A model generated the notes under the pieces. It worked only from the letters and a program-made list of their open reading frames with translations, was not told where the DNA came from and did no database searches. The translations under genes and the position numbers were made by a program. From contig NC_086097.1 of the NCBI RefSeq assembly GCF_963921235.1, positions 175,834,001-175,898,000 of the forward strand: a DNA stretch of 64,000 bases, given 5' to 3'. The first letter of the stretch is position 1. Every line of letters starts with the position of its first letter. Shown in pieces: positions 37,643 to 50,789 of this stretch. This stretch comes from Mobula hypostoma (taxonomy: Eukaryota).

Positions 37643-40600
37643 GGACTCTCTGAACCTCCTCTCCTGTGAGAGCCATCTCCCTTAAACCCACCATTCCAGA
37701 ATCTCGCTTCTGTTCCTCGATACATTCCTTTCTCATCACAGACAAACTTTTCTTATACACCTTACCCTTATCAGCTGTACTACCCTCTAAGTCCTGCTGA
37801 AATTTGGAAGGTAGAAAAGTCTCTGACACATCATAATAATTTAAACCTCTGGTCTTGCTTTTGCAGGTCCCAATAGCAACTTTGCTCATCAGCTGAATTG
37901 CTGAAACACTCTTATCTTGCAGAGCTGTCAACATGCCTCCATTGTTTACCAAATTCTGAATCATCATCAGGCTGATGAGAATATGAAAGAGGCCAATCAA
38001 CCTCTTTATCAACTTCCTCCGACCTTCACTACGCCTTGCTTCCCTCACAGAACACTGAATAACAGCATGACCTTGCAGGTGCTCAAATGTCCAAACAAAA
38101 TTCAACAAACTAGCACATCCTGTCTCAGCAGGCCTTTGTCCTGCAAGCAGGGTCAAAGGTCGTTCAACCAATCCAAACTTTTCCATCACTTTATCCAAAA
38201 GCCCAGGAACAGCACTTTTCCCATTACTTCCAGCAACATTGACCTCAACAGGTTCTAAAACACGGTCTACTACAAATGACTGCGAATCCTCACATTCCAC
38301 TGGTACCAAGGTTAACCCCTTACTCACTGAACCAAGATCATCTGACACACAAAAACTACATTCCCTTTCAACCAAGTCAGGCACCTCAGACCTTAACTGA
38401 GTTTCAGCACGAGGTTCAGAATCCTGTGAACTCACAAGTACTTCAACAACTTGGTGCATCTAAAACCCTGCTACGTGCCTCTGGTGAAGAGTAAACCTGC
38501 AACCTCGAGGACAGTGAGGAAATGGTCGGAGGAGGCTTATGAAGCGCTCCAGGGTTGTTTTGAGGTGACAGACTGGCAGGCACTCTGTGAGCCACATGGA
38601 GAGGATATTGATGGGCTCACAGAATGCATCACTGATTACATTAACTTCTGTGTGGACTGCAATGTTCCGACAAGAACTGTCCTTTGTTATTCAAATAACA
38701 AGCCATGGGTGACAAAGGACATTAAGGACATCCTGAACGCTAAAAAGAGGGCGTTTAGAGATGGAAATAGGGAGGAGCTGAGGGCAATACTGAGGGACCT
38801 GAAAGCCAGGATCAGGGAGGCTAAAGACAGGTACAGGAGGAAGCTTGAGTGGAAACTCCAGCAGAACAACATGAGAGAGGTCTGGAGGGGGATGAGGACC
38901 ATCACTGGGTTCCGGCAAACAGGCAACAGAGGAGCTGAGGGCAGTGTGGACAGGGTCAACGAACTTAACCTGTTTGTTAACAGATTTGACATTGTGACCC
39001 CTGCCCATCCCCCACATGAGCCATCTGTTGTCGGCCCCCAACCAACACATGTTCCACTCTCCCCTCCTACCCCTCCTCACAGTCCCCCACCCTGTTCACA
39101 TGACTATACCCCTCCCCCACACAAAACCACCATGGTGAGCTTCACGGCTGAACAGGTGAGAAGACAGCTGAAACGTCTCAACCCAAGCAAGGCTGCAGGA
39201 CCAGATGGTGTCAGTACCAGGGTGCTCAAAGCCTGTGCCCCTCAGCTATATGAAGTACTTCGCCATGTATTCAGCCTGAGCCTGAGGCTCCGGAGGGTTC
39301 CTGTATTGTGGAAGTCGTCCTGCCTCGTCCCTGTGCCGAAGACGCCGCACCCCAGCGGCCTCAATGACTACAGACCGGTGGCATTGACCTCCCACGTCAT
39401 GAAGACCCTGGAGAGACTTGTTCTGGAGCTGCCCCGGCCTATGGTCAGGCTACACTTAGATCCCCTCCAGTTCGCCTACCAGCCCCGACTAGGAATTGAG
39501 GATGCCATCGTCTACCTGCTGAACTGTGTCTACGCCCACCTGGACAAGCTAGTGAGCACTGTGAGGGTCATGTTTTTTGACTTCTCCAGTGCGTTCAACA
39601 CCATCCGCCCTGCTCTGCTGGGGGAGAAGCTGACAGCGATGCAGGTGGATGCTTCCCTGGTATCATGGATTCTTGATTACCTGATTGGCAGACCACAGTA
39701 CGTGTGCTTGCAACACTGTGTGTCCGACAGAGTGATCAGCAGCACTGGGGCTCCACAGGGGACTGTCTTGTCTCCCTTTCTCTTCACCATTTACACCTCG
39801 GACTTCAACTACTGCACAGAGTCTTGTCATCTTCAGAAGTTTTTGGATGGCTCTGCATAGTTGGATGCATCAGCAAGGGAGATGAGGCTAAGCACAGGGC
39901 TACTGTAGGAAACTTTGTCACATGGTGTGAGCAGAATTATCTGCAGCTTAATGTGAAAAAGACTAAGGAGCTGGTGGTAGACCTGAGGAGAGCTAAGGTA
40001 CCGGTGACCCCTGTTTCCATCCAGGGGGTCAGTGTGGACATGGTGGAGGATTACAAATACCTGGGGATATGAATTGACAATAAACTGGACTGGTCAAAGA
40101 ACACTGAGGCTGTCTACAAGAAGGGTCAGAGCCGTCTCTATTTCCTGAGGAGACTGAGGTCTTTTAACATCTGCTGGACAATGCTGAGGATGTTCTATGA
40201 GTCTGTGGTGGCCAGTGCGATCATGTTTGCTGTTGTGTGCTGGGGCAGCAGGCTGAGGGTAGCAGACACCAACAGAATCAACAAACTCATTGGTAAGGCC
40301 AGTGATGTTGTGGGGATGGAACTGGACTCTCTGACGGTGGTGTCTGAAAGGAGGATGCTGTCCAGGTTGCAAGCCATCTTGGGCAATGTCTCCCATCCAC
40401 TACATAATGTACTGGGTGGGCACAGGAGTACATTCAGCCAGAGACTCATTCCTCCGAGATGCAGCACAAAGCGTCATAGGAAGTCATTCCTGCCTGTGGC
40501 CATCAAACTTTACAACTCCTCCGTTGGAGGGTCAGACGCCCAGTGCCGGTAGGCTGGTCCTGGACTTATTTCATAATTTACTGGCATAATTTACATATTA

Positions 40601-41411
40601 CTATTTATTATTTATGGTGCAACTGTGACAAAAACCATTTTCCTCCTGGGATCAATAAGGTATGACTGTGACTATGACTATGAACACAGGCAATCGGGAC
40701 AACTCCCTCTTCTGGGCTGTCATCACTTGTCCCAGTTTCAAATTCAAGGTCATCTCGAACCTCCCAGCTATTCTCTGGCAAACTCCTTTCTGGAGTAAAC
40801 TCAACCTCGTGGGTTAAAACTTCTTCGTCTGCTTTCTCAACAGACCCCTTCAGGGTAGAAGCATCCTCTGCCACAGGATATGCCCCGACCTCATCAGGAA
40901 CACAACTTCTAAATTCATCACACAAAACAAGCCCTTCCGAGCTGTAAAAATCATCAGGGTCCGATACTAAACCTCTTTGCTGCAACCTCTCCCTTTTAAA
41001 CTGTCTCTGTCTTTCTGCCACGTGATCTTCACGTTGCCATTTCTCCCTCTCGAGCTGTCTCTGTCTTTCTGCCTCTTCTCTCTGTCTTGCTGCCTTTTCT
41101 CTCTGTTTCTCTGCCTCTCTTGCCTCTCTCTCAAGCTGTTTTAATTTCAGTTCATGCTCCCTCCTTAATATTTCCAACAGAAGCTGAAGCTCATCCTCAG
41201 TAGGTTCACCTTCCACGAACAACTGTAACGCCTCCTCATCAAATGTTCCCTTATCTATATAATATTCAACTATTTTCCTTTGAATTTCTACCTTACTCAC
41301 ACCCTTCTTTACCTCAATTCTCAATTGTTTAGCAATGTCCCGCAACTCATACTTTTTAGCAAACTTCAAAGTCACCAGGTCTGGTGATTTCAGAAAGTCT
41401 CTGGCACCCAT
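37626..41411 (-). pseudogene. Gypsy gag-pol N-terminal frame split by the Rex/Babar insertion
   Basis: Gag-like N-terminus (KKYELRDIAKQL, charged coiled coil). Removing 38449-40686 rejoins ...PIACV|EVLVSS... in frame. Confidence 0.75.
38449..40682 (+). mobile_element. Rex1/Babar-type LINE, 5' truncated, nested in Gypsy gag
   Basis: 469-codon frame with NDYRPVALTS, DPLQFAY, FFDFSSAFNTI and GAPQGTVLSP; frameshift at the catalytic motif; (tatgac)n tail; aaca duplicated at 38445-48 and 40683-86. Confidence 0.9.
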
Positions 41412-41783
41412 TTCTGCTGTTTTTCCACACAACCAAATCAAAGGAATTTTTCCCCAATCAATTAAACCAGCCTCCCAACCAATTTGTTCATATTGTGGAC
41501 ACAGACCCCAATTTATGTCACGTACCCCGTGATGGGGCTTAAGAAACCAACAGAGATGGAAAACACTTTGGAGTCCAGTATTGCTATAAACTACTAATAT
41601 TTATTAGTAACTATGCAGTACAGTAATATAAATGTAAATAGATCAAACAGGTTAGCAATGATTATATATAAAAGTAAGTGTGGAATATATATATGTATGA
41701 AAAAACCAAGTTTCTTTAAGTCTAGGGGTAAGAAGATACAGTCTTACGATGTTGAGTAAAGTTCAGTTCGTGGTCTTTAGTTT

Positions 41784-41906
41784 GGGGAGAGAGGGGAGAG
41801 AGGGGGGAGAGGGGGGGGAGGGGGGGAGGGGGGAGAGGGGAGAGGGGGAGAGGGGGGAGAGGGGGAGAGGGGAGAGGGGGGAGAGGGGGGAGAGGGGGGA
41901 GAGGGG

Positions 41907-41946
<40 letters not shown>

Positions 41947-41976
41947 GGGGGGGAGGGGGGGGGAGGGGGGGAGGGG

Positions 41977-42041
<65 letters not shown>

Positions 42042-43873
42042 GGGGGGGGGGGGGGGGGGGGGAGGGGGGAGGGGGGAGGGGGGAGGGGGGGGGGGGGGAG
42101 AGGGGGAGGGGGGAGAGGGGGAGAGGGGGAGAGGGGGGAGAGGGGGAGAGGGGGAGAGGGGGGAGAGGGGGAGAGGGGAGGGGGAGGGGGAGAGGGGAGA
42201 GGGGAGAGGGGAGAGGGGAGAGGGGAGAGGGGAGAGGGGAGAGGGGAGAGGAGGAGAGGGGAGGGGAGGAGAGGGGAGGGGAGGGGAGGGGAGGGGAGGG
42301 GAGGGGAGGGGAGGGGAGGGGAGGGGAGGAGAGGGGAGAGGGGAGAGGGGAGAGGGGAGAGGGGAGAGGGGAGAGGGGAGAGGGGAGAGGGGAGAGGGGA
42401 GAGGGGGAGAGGGGAGGGGAGGGGAGGGGAGGGGAGGGGAGGGGAGGGGAGGGGAGGGGAGGGGAGGGGAGGGGAGGGGAGGGGAGGAGAGGGGAGAGGG
42501 GAGAGGGGAGAGGGGAGAGGGGAGAGGGGAGAGGGGAGAGGGGAGAGGGGAGAGGGGAGAGGGGAGAGGGGGGAGAGGGGGGAGAGGGGGAGAGGGGGGA
42601 GAGGGGAGAGGGGGAGAGGGGGAGAGGGGGGAGGGGGAGAGGGGAGAGGGGAGGGGGAGGGGGAGAGGGGAGAGGGGAGAGGGGAGAGGGGAGAGGGGAG
42701 AGGGGAGAGGGGAGAGGGGAGAGGGGAGAGGGGAGAGGAGGAGAGGGGAGGGGAGGGGAGGGGAGGGGAGGGGAGGGGAGGGGAGGAGAGGGGAGAGGGG
42801 AGAGGGGAGAGGGGAGAGGGGAGAGGGGAGAGGGGAGAGGGGAGAGGGGAGAGGGGAGAGGGGAGAGGGGAGAGGGGAGAGGGGAGAGGGGGAGAGGGGG
42901 AGAGGGGAGGGGAGGGGAGGGGAGGGGAGGGGAGGGGAGGGGAGGAGAGGGGAGAGGGGAGAGGGGAGAGGGGAGAGGGGAGAGGGGAGAGGGGAGAGGG
43001 GAGAGGGGAGAGGGGAGAGGGGAGAGGGGAGAGGGGAGAGGGGAGAGAGGGGGGAGAGGGGGAGAGGGGGGAGAGGGGGAGAGGGGGGAGAGGGGGAGAG
43101 GGGGGAGAGGGGGAGAGGGGGAGAGGGGGAGAGGGGGAGAGGGGGGAGAGGGGGGAGAGGGGGGAGGGGGAGGGGGGGGGGGGGGGGGGGGGGGGGAGGG
43201 GGAGGGGAGAGGGGAGAGGGGGAGGGGAGAGGGGAGAGGGGAGAGGGGAGAGGGGAGAGGGGAGAGGGGAGAGGGGAGAGGGGAGGGGAGGAGAGGAGAG
43301 GAGAGGGGAGGGGAGGGGAGGGGAGGGGAGGGGAGGAGAGGAGAGGGGAGAGGGGAGAGGGGAGAGGGGAGAGGGGAGAGGGGAGAGGGGAGAGGGGAGA
43401 GGGGAGAGGGGAGAGGGGAGAGGGGAGAGGGGAGAGGGGAGAGGGGAGAGGGGAGAGGGGAGAGGGGAGAGAGGGAGAGGGGAGAGGGGAGAGGAGAGGG
43501 GGAGAGGGGGAGGGGGGAGAGGGGGGAGGGGGGAGAGGGGGGGAGGGGGGGGGGGGAGGGGGGAGGGGGGAGGGGGGAGGGGGAGGGGAGAGGGGAGAGG
43601 GGAGAGGGGAGAGGGGAGAGGGGAGAGGGGAGAGGGGAGAGGGGAGAGGGGAGAGGGGGAGGGGGAGGGAGAGGGAGAGGGGGAGGGAGAGGGAGAGGGA
43701 GAGGGAGAGGGAGAGGGAGAGGGGGGAGGGGAGAGGGGAGAGGGGAGAGGGGAGAGGGGAGAGGGGAGAGAGGGGGGAGAGGGGAGAGAGGGGAGAGAGG
43801 GGAGAGAGGGGGGAGAGGGGGGAGGGGGGAGAGGGGGGAGAGGGGGGAGAGGGGGAGAGGGGGAGAGGGGGGA

Positions 43874-43910
<37 letters not shown>

Positions 43911-44447
43911 GGGGGGGGGGGGGGGGGGGAGGGGGGGGGGGGGGGGGGGGGAGGGGGAGGGGAGAGGGGGGAGGGGAGAGGGGAGAGGGGAGAGGGGAGA
44001 GGGGAGAGGGGAGAGGGGAGAGGGGAGAGGGGAGAGGGGAGAGGGGAGAGGGGAGAGGGGAGAGGGGAGAGGGGAGAGGGGGAGGGAGAGGGAGAGGGAG
44101 AGGGAGAGGGAGAGGGAGAGGGAGAGGGGGGAGGGGGGAGGGGGGAGGGGGGAGGGGGGAGGGGGGAGGGGGAGGGGGAGGGGGGAGGGGGGAGGGGGGA
44201 GGGGGGAAGGGGGAGGGGGGAGGGGGGAGGGGGGAGGGGGGAGGGGGGAGGGGGGAGGGGGGAAGGGGGAAGGGGGAAGGGGGGGGAGGGGGGAGGGGGG
44301 AGGGGGGAGGGGGGAGGGGGGAGGGGGGAGGGGAGAGGGGGGAGGGGAGAGGGGGGAGGGGAGAGGGGGGAGGGGGGAGGGGGGAGGGGAGAGGGGGGAG
44401 GGGGGAGGGGAGAGGGGAGAGGGGAGAGGGGAGAGGGGAGAGAGAGA
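41784..44447 (+). repeat. 2664-bp purine-only (G/A) low-complexity tract
   Basis: Only G and A seen. Blocks of (GGGGAGA)n, (GGGGA)n, (GGGAGA)n and long poly-G runs. Confidence 0.95.
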
Positions 44448-44730
44448 TGTATATATATCTTCAGGTGAGCTGATGCCGTCGATCTTCTCGTCGTCCTCCG
44501 AAATCCTTCACAAGTCACCGACTGTGAATTTAACCGGGGGATTGGTCTTCTGTGGTGGAGCTATCAGCCAGGTGAGGGTGGACACATAGACAACTCCCCA
44601 CCAGTCAACCCCTTCTTCACCGATGGAATAGCAATTTGGATCAATCCGCCTGATCGATCCTCCGAAACCCACTTTCTCTGTGGGCACAACTATGCTCATT
44701 CAGTGTCCAGATCATGTGTCCTGAGGTCTG

Positions 44731-46496
44731 ATTATGGGGAGCAAGGACATGGCAGACCAATTGAATAATTACTTTGGTTCTGTCTTCACTAAGGAGGACA
44801 TAAATAATCTTCCGGAAATAGTAGGGGACAGAGGGTCCAGTGAGATGGAGGAATTGAGGGAAATACATGTTAGTAGGGAAGTGGTGTTAGGTAAATTGAA
44901 GGGATTAAAGGCAGATAAATCCCCAGGGCCAGATGGTCTGCATCCCAGAGTTCTTAAGGAAGTAGCCCAAGAAATAATGGATGCATTAGGGATAATTTTT
45001 CAAAACTCTTTAGATTCTGGACTAGTTCCTGAGGATTGGAGGGTGGCTAATGTAACCCCACTTTTTAAAAAAGGGAGAGAGAAACCAGGGAATTATAGAC
45101 CGGTTAGCCTAACATCGGTGGTGGGGAAACTGCTAGAGTCAGTTATCAAAGATGTGATAACAGCACATTTGGAAAGCGGTGAAATCATCGGACAAAGTCA
45201 GCATGGATTTGTGAAAGGAAAATCATGTCTGACGAATCTCATAGAATTTTTTGAGGATGTAACTAGTAGAGTGGATAGGGGAGAACCAGTGGACGTGGTA
45301 TATTTGGATTTTCAAAAGGCTTTTGACAAGGTCCCACACAGGAGATTAGTGTGCAAACTTAAAGCACACGGTACTGGGGGTAAGGTATTGATGTGGATAG
45401 AGAATTGGTTGGCAGACAGGAAGCAAAGAGTGGGAATAAACAGGACCTTTTCAGAATGGCAGGCAGTGACTAGTGGGGTACCGCAAGGCTCAGTGTTGGG
45501 ACCCCAGTTGTTTACAATATATATTAATGACTTCGATGAGGGAATTAAATGCAGCATCTCCAAGTTTGCGGATGACACGAAGCTGGGCGGCAGTGTTAGC
45601 TGTGAGGAGGATGCTAAGAGGATGCAGGGTGACCTGGATAGGTTAGGTGAGTGGGCAAATTCATGGCAGGTGCAATTTAATGTGGATAAATGTGAAGTTA
45701 TCCACTTTGGTGGCAAAAACAGGAAAACAGATTATTATCTGAATGGTGGCCGATTAGGAAAAGGGGCAGTGCAATGAGACCTGGGTGTCATTATACACCA
45801 GTCATTGAAAGTGGGCATGCAGGTACAGCAGGCGGTGAAAAAGGCGAATGGTATGCTGGCATTTATAGCAAGAGGATTCGAGTACAGGAGCAGGGAGGTA
45901 CTACTGCAGTTGTACAAGGCCTTGGTGAGACCACAGCTGGAGTATTGTATGCAATATTGGGTCCCCTAATCTGAGGAAAGACATTCTTGCCATAGAGGGA
46001 GTACAAAGAAGGTTCACCAGATTGATTCCTGGGATGGCAGGACTTTCATATGATGAAAGACTGGATGAACTAGGCTTATACTCGTTGGAATTTAGAAGAT
46101 TGAGGGGGGATCTGATTCAAACGTATAAAATCCTAAAGGGATTGGACAGGCTAGATGCAGGAAGATTGTTCCCGATGTTGGAGAAGTCCAGAACGAGGGG
46201 TCACAGTTTGAGGATAAAGGGGAAGCCTTTTAGGACCGAGATTAGGAAAAACTTCTTCACACAGAGAGTGGTGAATCTGTGGAATTCTCTGCCACAGGAA
46301 ACAGTTGAGGCCAGTTCATTGGCTATATTTAAGAGGGAGTTAGATATGGCCCTTGTGGCTAAAGGGATCAGGGGGTATGGAGAGAAGGCAGGTACAGGGT
46401 TCTGAGTTGGATGATCAGCCATGATCATACTGAATGGCGGTGCAGGCTCGAAGGGCCGAATGGCCTACTCCTGCACCTATTTTCTATGTTTCTATG
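44731..46496 (+). mobile_element. Young 5'-truncated CR1 nested in the 5' LTR
   Basis: Near-identical to 12532-14099; premature TGA at 45775-77 and a frameshift near 45955. The empty site ggtctg|tatcatc is visible in the 3' LTR (~34944). Confidence 0.95.
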
Positions 46497-49400
46497 TATC
46501 ATCTGACCTCCCATTTATTTCACCAGGCTGAGCATCACCTGTCACTCAAACAGTCCCTCCTTCCTTTGTCTGTAAAGGAGTGCAGAAGCAGGCAACCTGT
46601 CCTTGGAAGTAACAACCTGCTGAAAATCATAACATCGAGTGTCCATTAATTAACACTGCCTTCGGTCACCATAGCAACCTTCGAGCTGCTCAGTGCTGTC
46701 TCCAACTCCAAACTCAGTAAAAATCCAAAGTTACTTCCAATGCCTTAAAGTGACAGTCCACTGTTAATCTTCGTCTCTCCCTCTCTTTTCCAAAAGCAAC
46801 ATATCGGTGGTAAATACTTCCATCTCTCTCTCCTTTCCAAACAAACCATCAATGATAAATGTCTCTCTCCAAACAGTTAATAGGGGCACTCCTGGATCCA
46901 CTCACATCGGGTCAGAGCCACATAGCTTGGAAACAAGCCCTGCAGTCCAAATGGTCCATGCCAATCAAGATGTACATCTAAGCTAGTTCCATTTCCCTGC
47001 ATTTGGCCCAGTCATTTTTCTGCCTCAGTCACTTTCTCTGGCAGCTCATTCCATTTTTTTTTAAAAACCATACTCTGAGTGCAAAAGTTTCATTATTCCT
47101 ATTAAATCTGTCCCTTTTCAACTTAAACTAATGGCCTTTACTCAGGATTGATTCTACAATCCTGTGTAAAAGTTTCTGTACATTTACCCTGTCTGTGCCT
47201 GTCATTATTTTTATACACCTGTATATATCTCCTCTATTCTCCTCCATTTCATTGAAAAGAGTCTCAACCTCTCTCCACAGCTCAGTCCCACAAGCTCTAA
47301 TAATATCCTCAAATCTTCTCTGCATGCTTTCCAGCTTAATGTCACCTTTCCTGCAGCAAGGTGACGAAAGCTGAACCCTGTTCCACATGTGGCCCTTGTC
47401 AATCTGCTGTCTAGTATGTTTCTGCTTCTTCCACTGTCCCGGCATCAGTTCAGGGCACTTACCACTCATTGTGCAAAAAAAAAAAAACGTGCCCCACACA
47501 TCTCCTCTAAACTTTTCCCCTTTCACCTTAAATGCATGTCCTTTGTACTTGGGAAATGGTTCTGACTATCAACCCTATCTATGCCTCTCCTAATTTCTCT
47601 CAGGTCTCCCCTCAGTCTCTAACAATCCAACCCAACTTTGTTCAACCTCTCATTATAGCTCACTCCCTCTTCAAAGCCCCCACATCCTTCCTTTAATGAC
47701 GCAATCAGAATTACACACAATCCTCCAAGTGCAGCCTAACCAAAGTGTTATACAACTGCAACATAACTTCCCAACTCTTCTGCTCAATGTCCCACCAGTG
47801 AAGGCAAGCCTGCCACATGCCTTCGTTGCCGCACTATCTTCCTGCATAGCCACTTCTTGGGAGCCATGGACTTGGACACCAAGATCTCTCTGTCATCATT
47901 AGAATACAGAAGGTTAAGAGTGGACCTCGTTGGAACACACAACAAATTTTCGCAGGGCTCAACAATAGGAGAGCATCTCCCTGTCTAGCCTCTGCAGCCA
48001 GGGACCAAGGACTCAGCCTCTGTAGTAATTCATTTTGATCTGAGATGAGGAGAGGCTTCTCATTCAGAGGATGAGATGAGGAGAGCTTTTTTTACTAGCT
48101 GTAATCTCCACCACAGAGCTGGCTTAGGCCTTTATAGAATACATGCAGAAGGTAGATCGATTGCGAGATACAAGAGGCATTGAAGAGTGTGGGCAGAGTG
48201 GAAATGTGGTGTTGAGATTGAGGGTCAGTCATGACAGTATTGATTGATGGAGCAGACTCAATCGGCCAAATGGACTGTTTTGCCCCCATTTTCCATGTAA
48301 TCCAGTGAAATGACCCTGAGCTGTCTCCAGCAAAAGTATATTCATCCTTAAAAAAGGTCAAAAATCATATCAGGTTCCTTACTTATACACTCCAACCTCC
48401 GCCTTCCTTGCAATACATGCAACTCTAATAACTTTCCGTTCCAGGTGGAAAAGGTCTTCAACCTCAAAGAATGAAGAGCTAATGGATCAATGAGATCAAT
48501 CCAAGAGCTTTACTGTTTCAAACAAATCAAGGGGCAAGGCTGAAAACTGGAAATTGGCACTGGGGTGATCACTAGGAAGTATCCCATGGGCTCCAATTTG
48601 ACCTCACCACTCATGTCAGAACTGAAACAGAATGGAAGCAGAAGACCATCAAAAAGGAGGATCCAAGGGCAACAAAAATTAGACCTTGTTAAATTAAATT
48701 CTGGGTAGACTTGTGTCCTGCACAACAGCACAACCTAGTGGTAATGCTAGACACGTGCAATGAATTACCAGGGATAAACCAGCTTTGCCCAGCCTCTCTC
48801 CTTATAGCTCACAACTTCTCATCCAGACAGTATTGTGGTAAGCTTCATTTGCACCCTCTCCAAAGCCTCCATGTCCTTCTTGTAATGGGGTGACCAGAAT
48901 TTCTCACGATCCTCCAAGTGGAGTTAATCCAAGTTTTATCCAGCCGTAACATCTTGAGTCTTATACTTAATGATCCCACCAATGAAGTCAAGCATGCCAA
49001 ATGCCTTCGTTGCCACATTTACTCATGTAGCCACCTCCATGGACCCCAATATCTCCCTGTACATCACTAGAGCATAGAAGAATAAAAGGGGATCTCATTG
49101 GAATACAAAGCAAATTCTGATAGGACTCGAAAACAAGTATGCCTCTCCTCAACAGGGTCTACTGCCAGGGATCGTGGTCTCAAGCTCTGGAGTAATTACT
49201 TTAAATCGGAAAGATAATAGGATGTAGATGTTTCGGATATGATAGGGGCAGATGTCAAAGGGGGAATAGAAATTGTTTCGTTGAACAAGAAGACCATTAC
49301 TGCAACAATGAGCAAGGATTTCTCAGAAGGGTCTTTAAATGAGGCCACATGGGTAGAGCTTAGAAATAAAATACAGGGGCAATCATAGAACATATTAAAA

Positions 49401-50789
49401 CTGGTATTAGTGTATAGTTAATTGAAAGTAGCATCACAGATATACGCTGCTGAGAAAGGCATTTAGAATGTTGGCTTCATATGCCAGGGCATTAAATACA
49501 GGAGATTTACAGCACAGGAACAGGCCCTTTGATCTATGATGTTTTGCTGAAATAAGTTAATAATTGAAAGCTTAAGTAAACTAATTCCTTCTGCTTATAC
49601 ATTGTTCATATTCCTTTGTTATCTGCACAGTCATGTTTATCTAAAAGTCTCATAAATGCCTATATCATACCTGCCTCATCACCATCACAACCCAGGGACT
49701 CACCACTCGCTGCATAAACTCTCCCTTGAATTTACCCCTCTCATCTTAAACACGTCCTCTAGTATTGGACATTTCAACCCTACCCTTCCTCTCAATCCTG
49801 TAAACTTCTATTAAGTCTCTACTCAGCCTCCGTCACTCCAGAGTAAACAACCCAGGATTGTCCAACCTCTCCTTGTAGTAAATGCTCTCTAATCCAGGCA
49901 GCATCCTGGTAAACCTCTTCTGTAGCCTCTCCAAAGCCTCCACATCCTTCTATAATGAGCTGATCAACTGACTGGGATTATACTACAGGCCTCCCAAAAG
50001 CCTGCAAGAGATGGAGAAGCAGATGTTTTGGCAAATCAGAGAACTTTAAGAGGAATAGGAGAAATAAGGTTGTGGTAGTAGTGGATTTCAACTTCCCCAG
50101 TATTAATATTTGGTTCAGGGAATCCAGAAAGAACTGCTTAGGTGGATTCAGACCTGGCTGAGAGGGAGGAAGCAGAGGATGGTGGTTGAAAGCTGCTTCT
50201 CAGAATGGAGGCCAGTGAGTAGTGACATGCTTCATCAATAAATTTGTGAATGACACTAAATTAGGAAGTATGGAAGATCGTAATGAAGGTTATCATAGAT
50301 TACCTTTCATGAGATCTTGATCAGTTAGGGAAGTGGGCTGAGGAGTGACAAATGGATTTCAATACAGATTGGTGTGAGGTGATGCATTTTGAAAGTCCAA
50401 CCAGTGTAGTTCATATACAGTGAACGGTAGGACACTAGAGAGAGTAATGGAACAGAGCGATTTAGGATTGCAAGTGCATAGTAAATTGAAAGTGCTGTTG
50501 CAGGTAGACAGGTTGGTGAGAAGGCATTTTGCATGTTGGCCTTCAGTCAGGGCATTAAATACAGGAATTGGGATGTTATGTTGCAGTTTTATAAAATCTC
50601 GGTGAGGCTGTACTTGGAGTACTGAGCGCAATTTTGATCACCCTGTAATAGAAAGATATGGCGGGAGGACCGCCCCTGTCTGCAAATGGCGTAGCAGTAC
50701 TTTTGTGCTGCTCTTAGTTTTCTTTCTCTCTCCCTAGTTTAAGCTTTGAATTTAAAATTTTTACTTGTTGATTCTTGAGGGTGATCAAT

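Larger units (their letters stand above)
34343..46906 (-). mobile_element. Complete but inactive Gypsy/Ty3 LTR retrotransposon, Gmr1-like domain order (gag, decayed protease region, IN, RT, RH), with nested insertions
   Basis: Two TG...CA LTRs (34343-35361 and 41516-46906); TSD ttgg / tcgg; PPT (cttcccttcctca, 35362-35374); degenerate tRNA-Pro-like PBS (minus tggggtctgtgtcc, ~41497-41510); coding remnants below. Confidence 0.93.
41516..46906 (-). repeat. 5' LTR, inflated by a purine tract and a CR1 insertion
   Basis: Segments 41516-41783, 44448-44730 and 46497-46906 are colinear with the 3' LTR. Confidence 0.92.

Noticed and set aside
41749..44589. 946-aa Gly/Glu/Arg ORF and 913-aa Pro/Ser/Leu antisense ORF
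   Set aside because: A G/A-only tract cannot contain stop codons on either strand. These are low-complexity artefacts inside an LTR, not extensin- or collagen-like genes.
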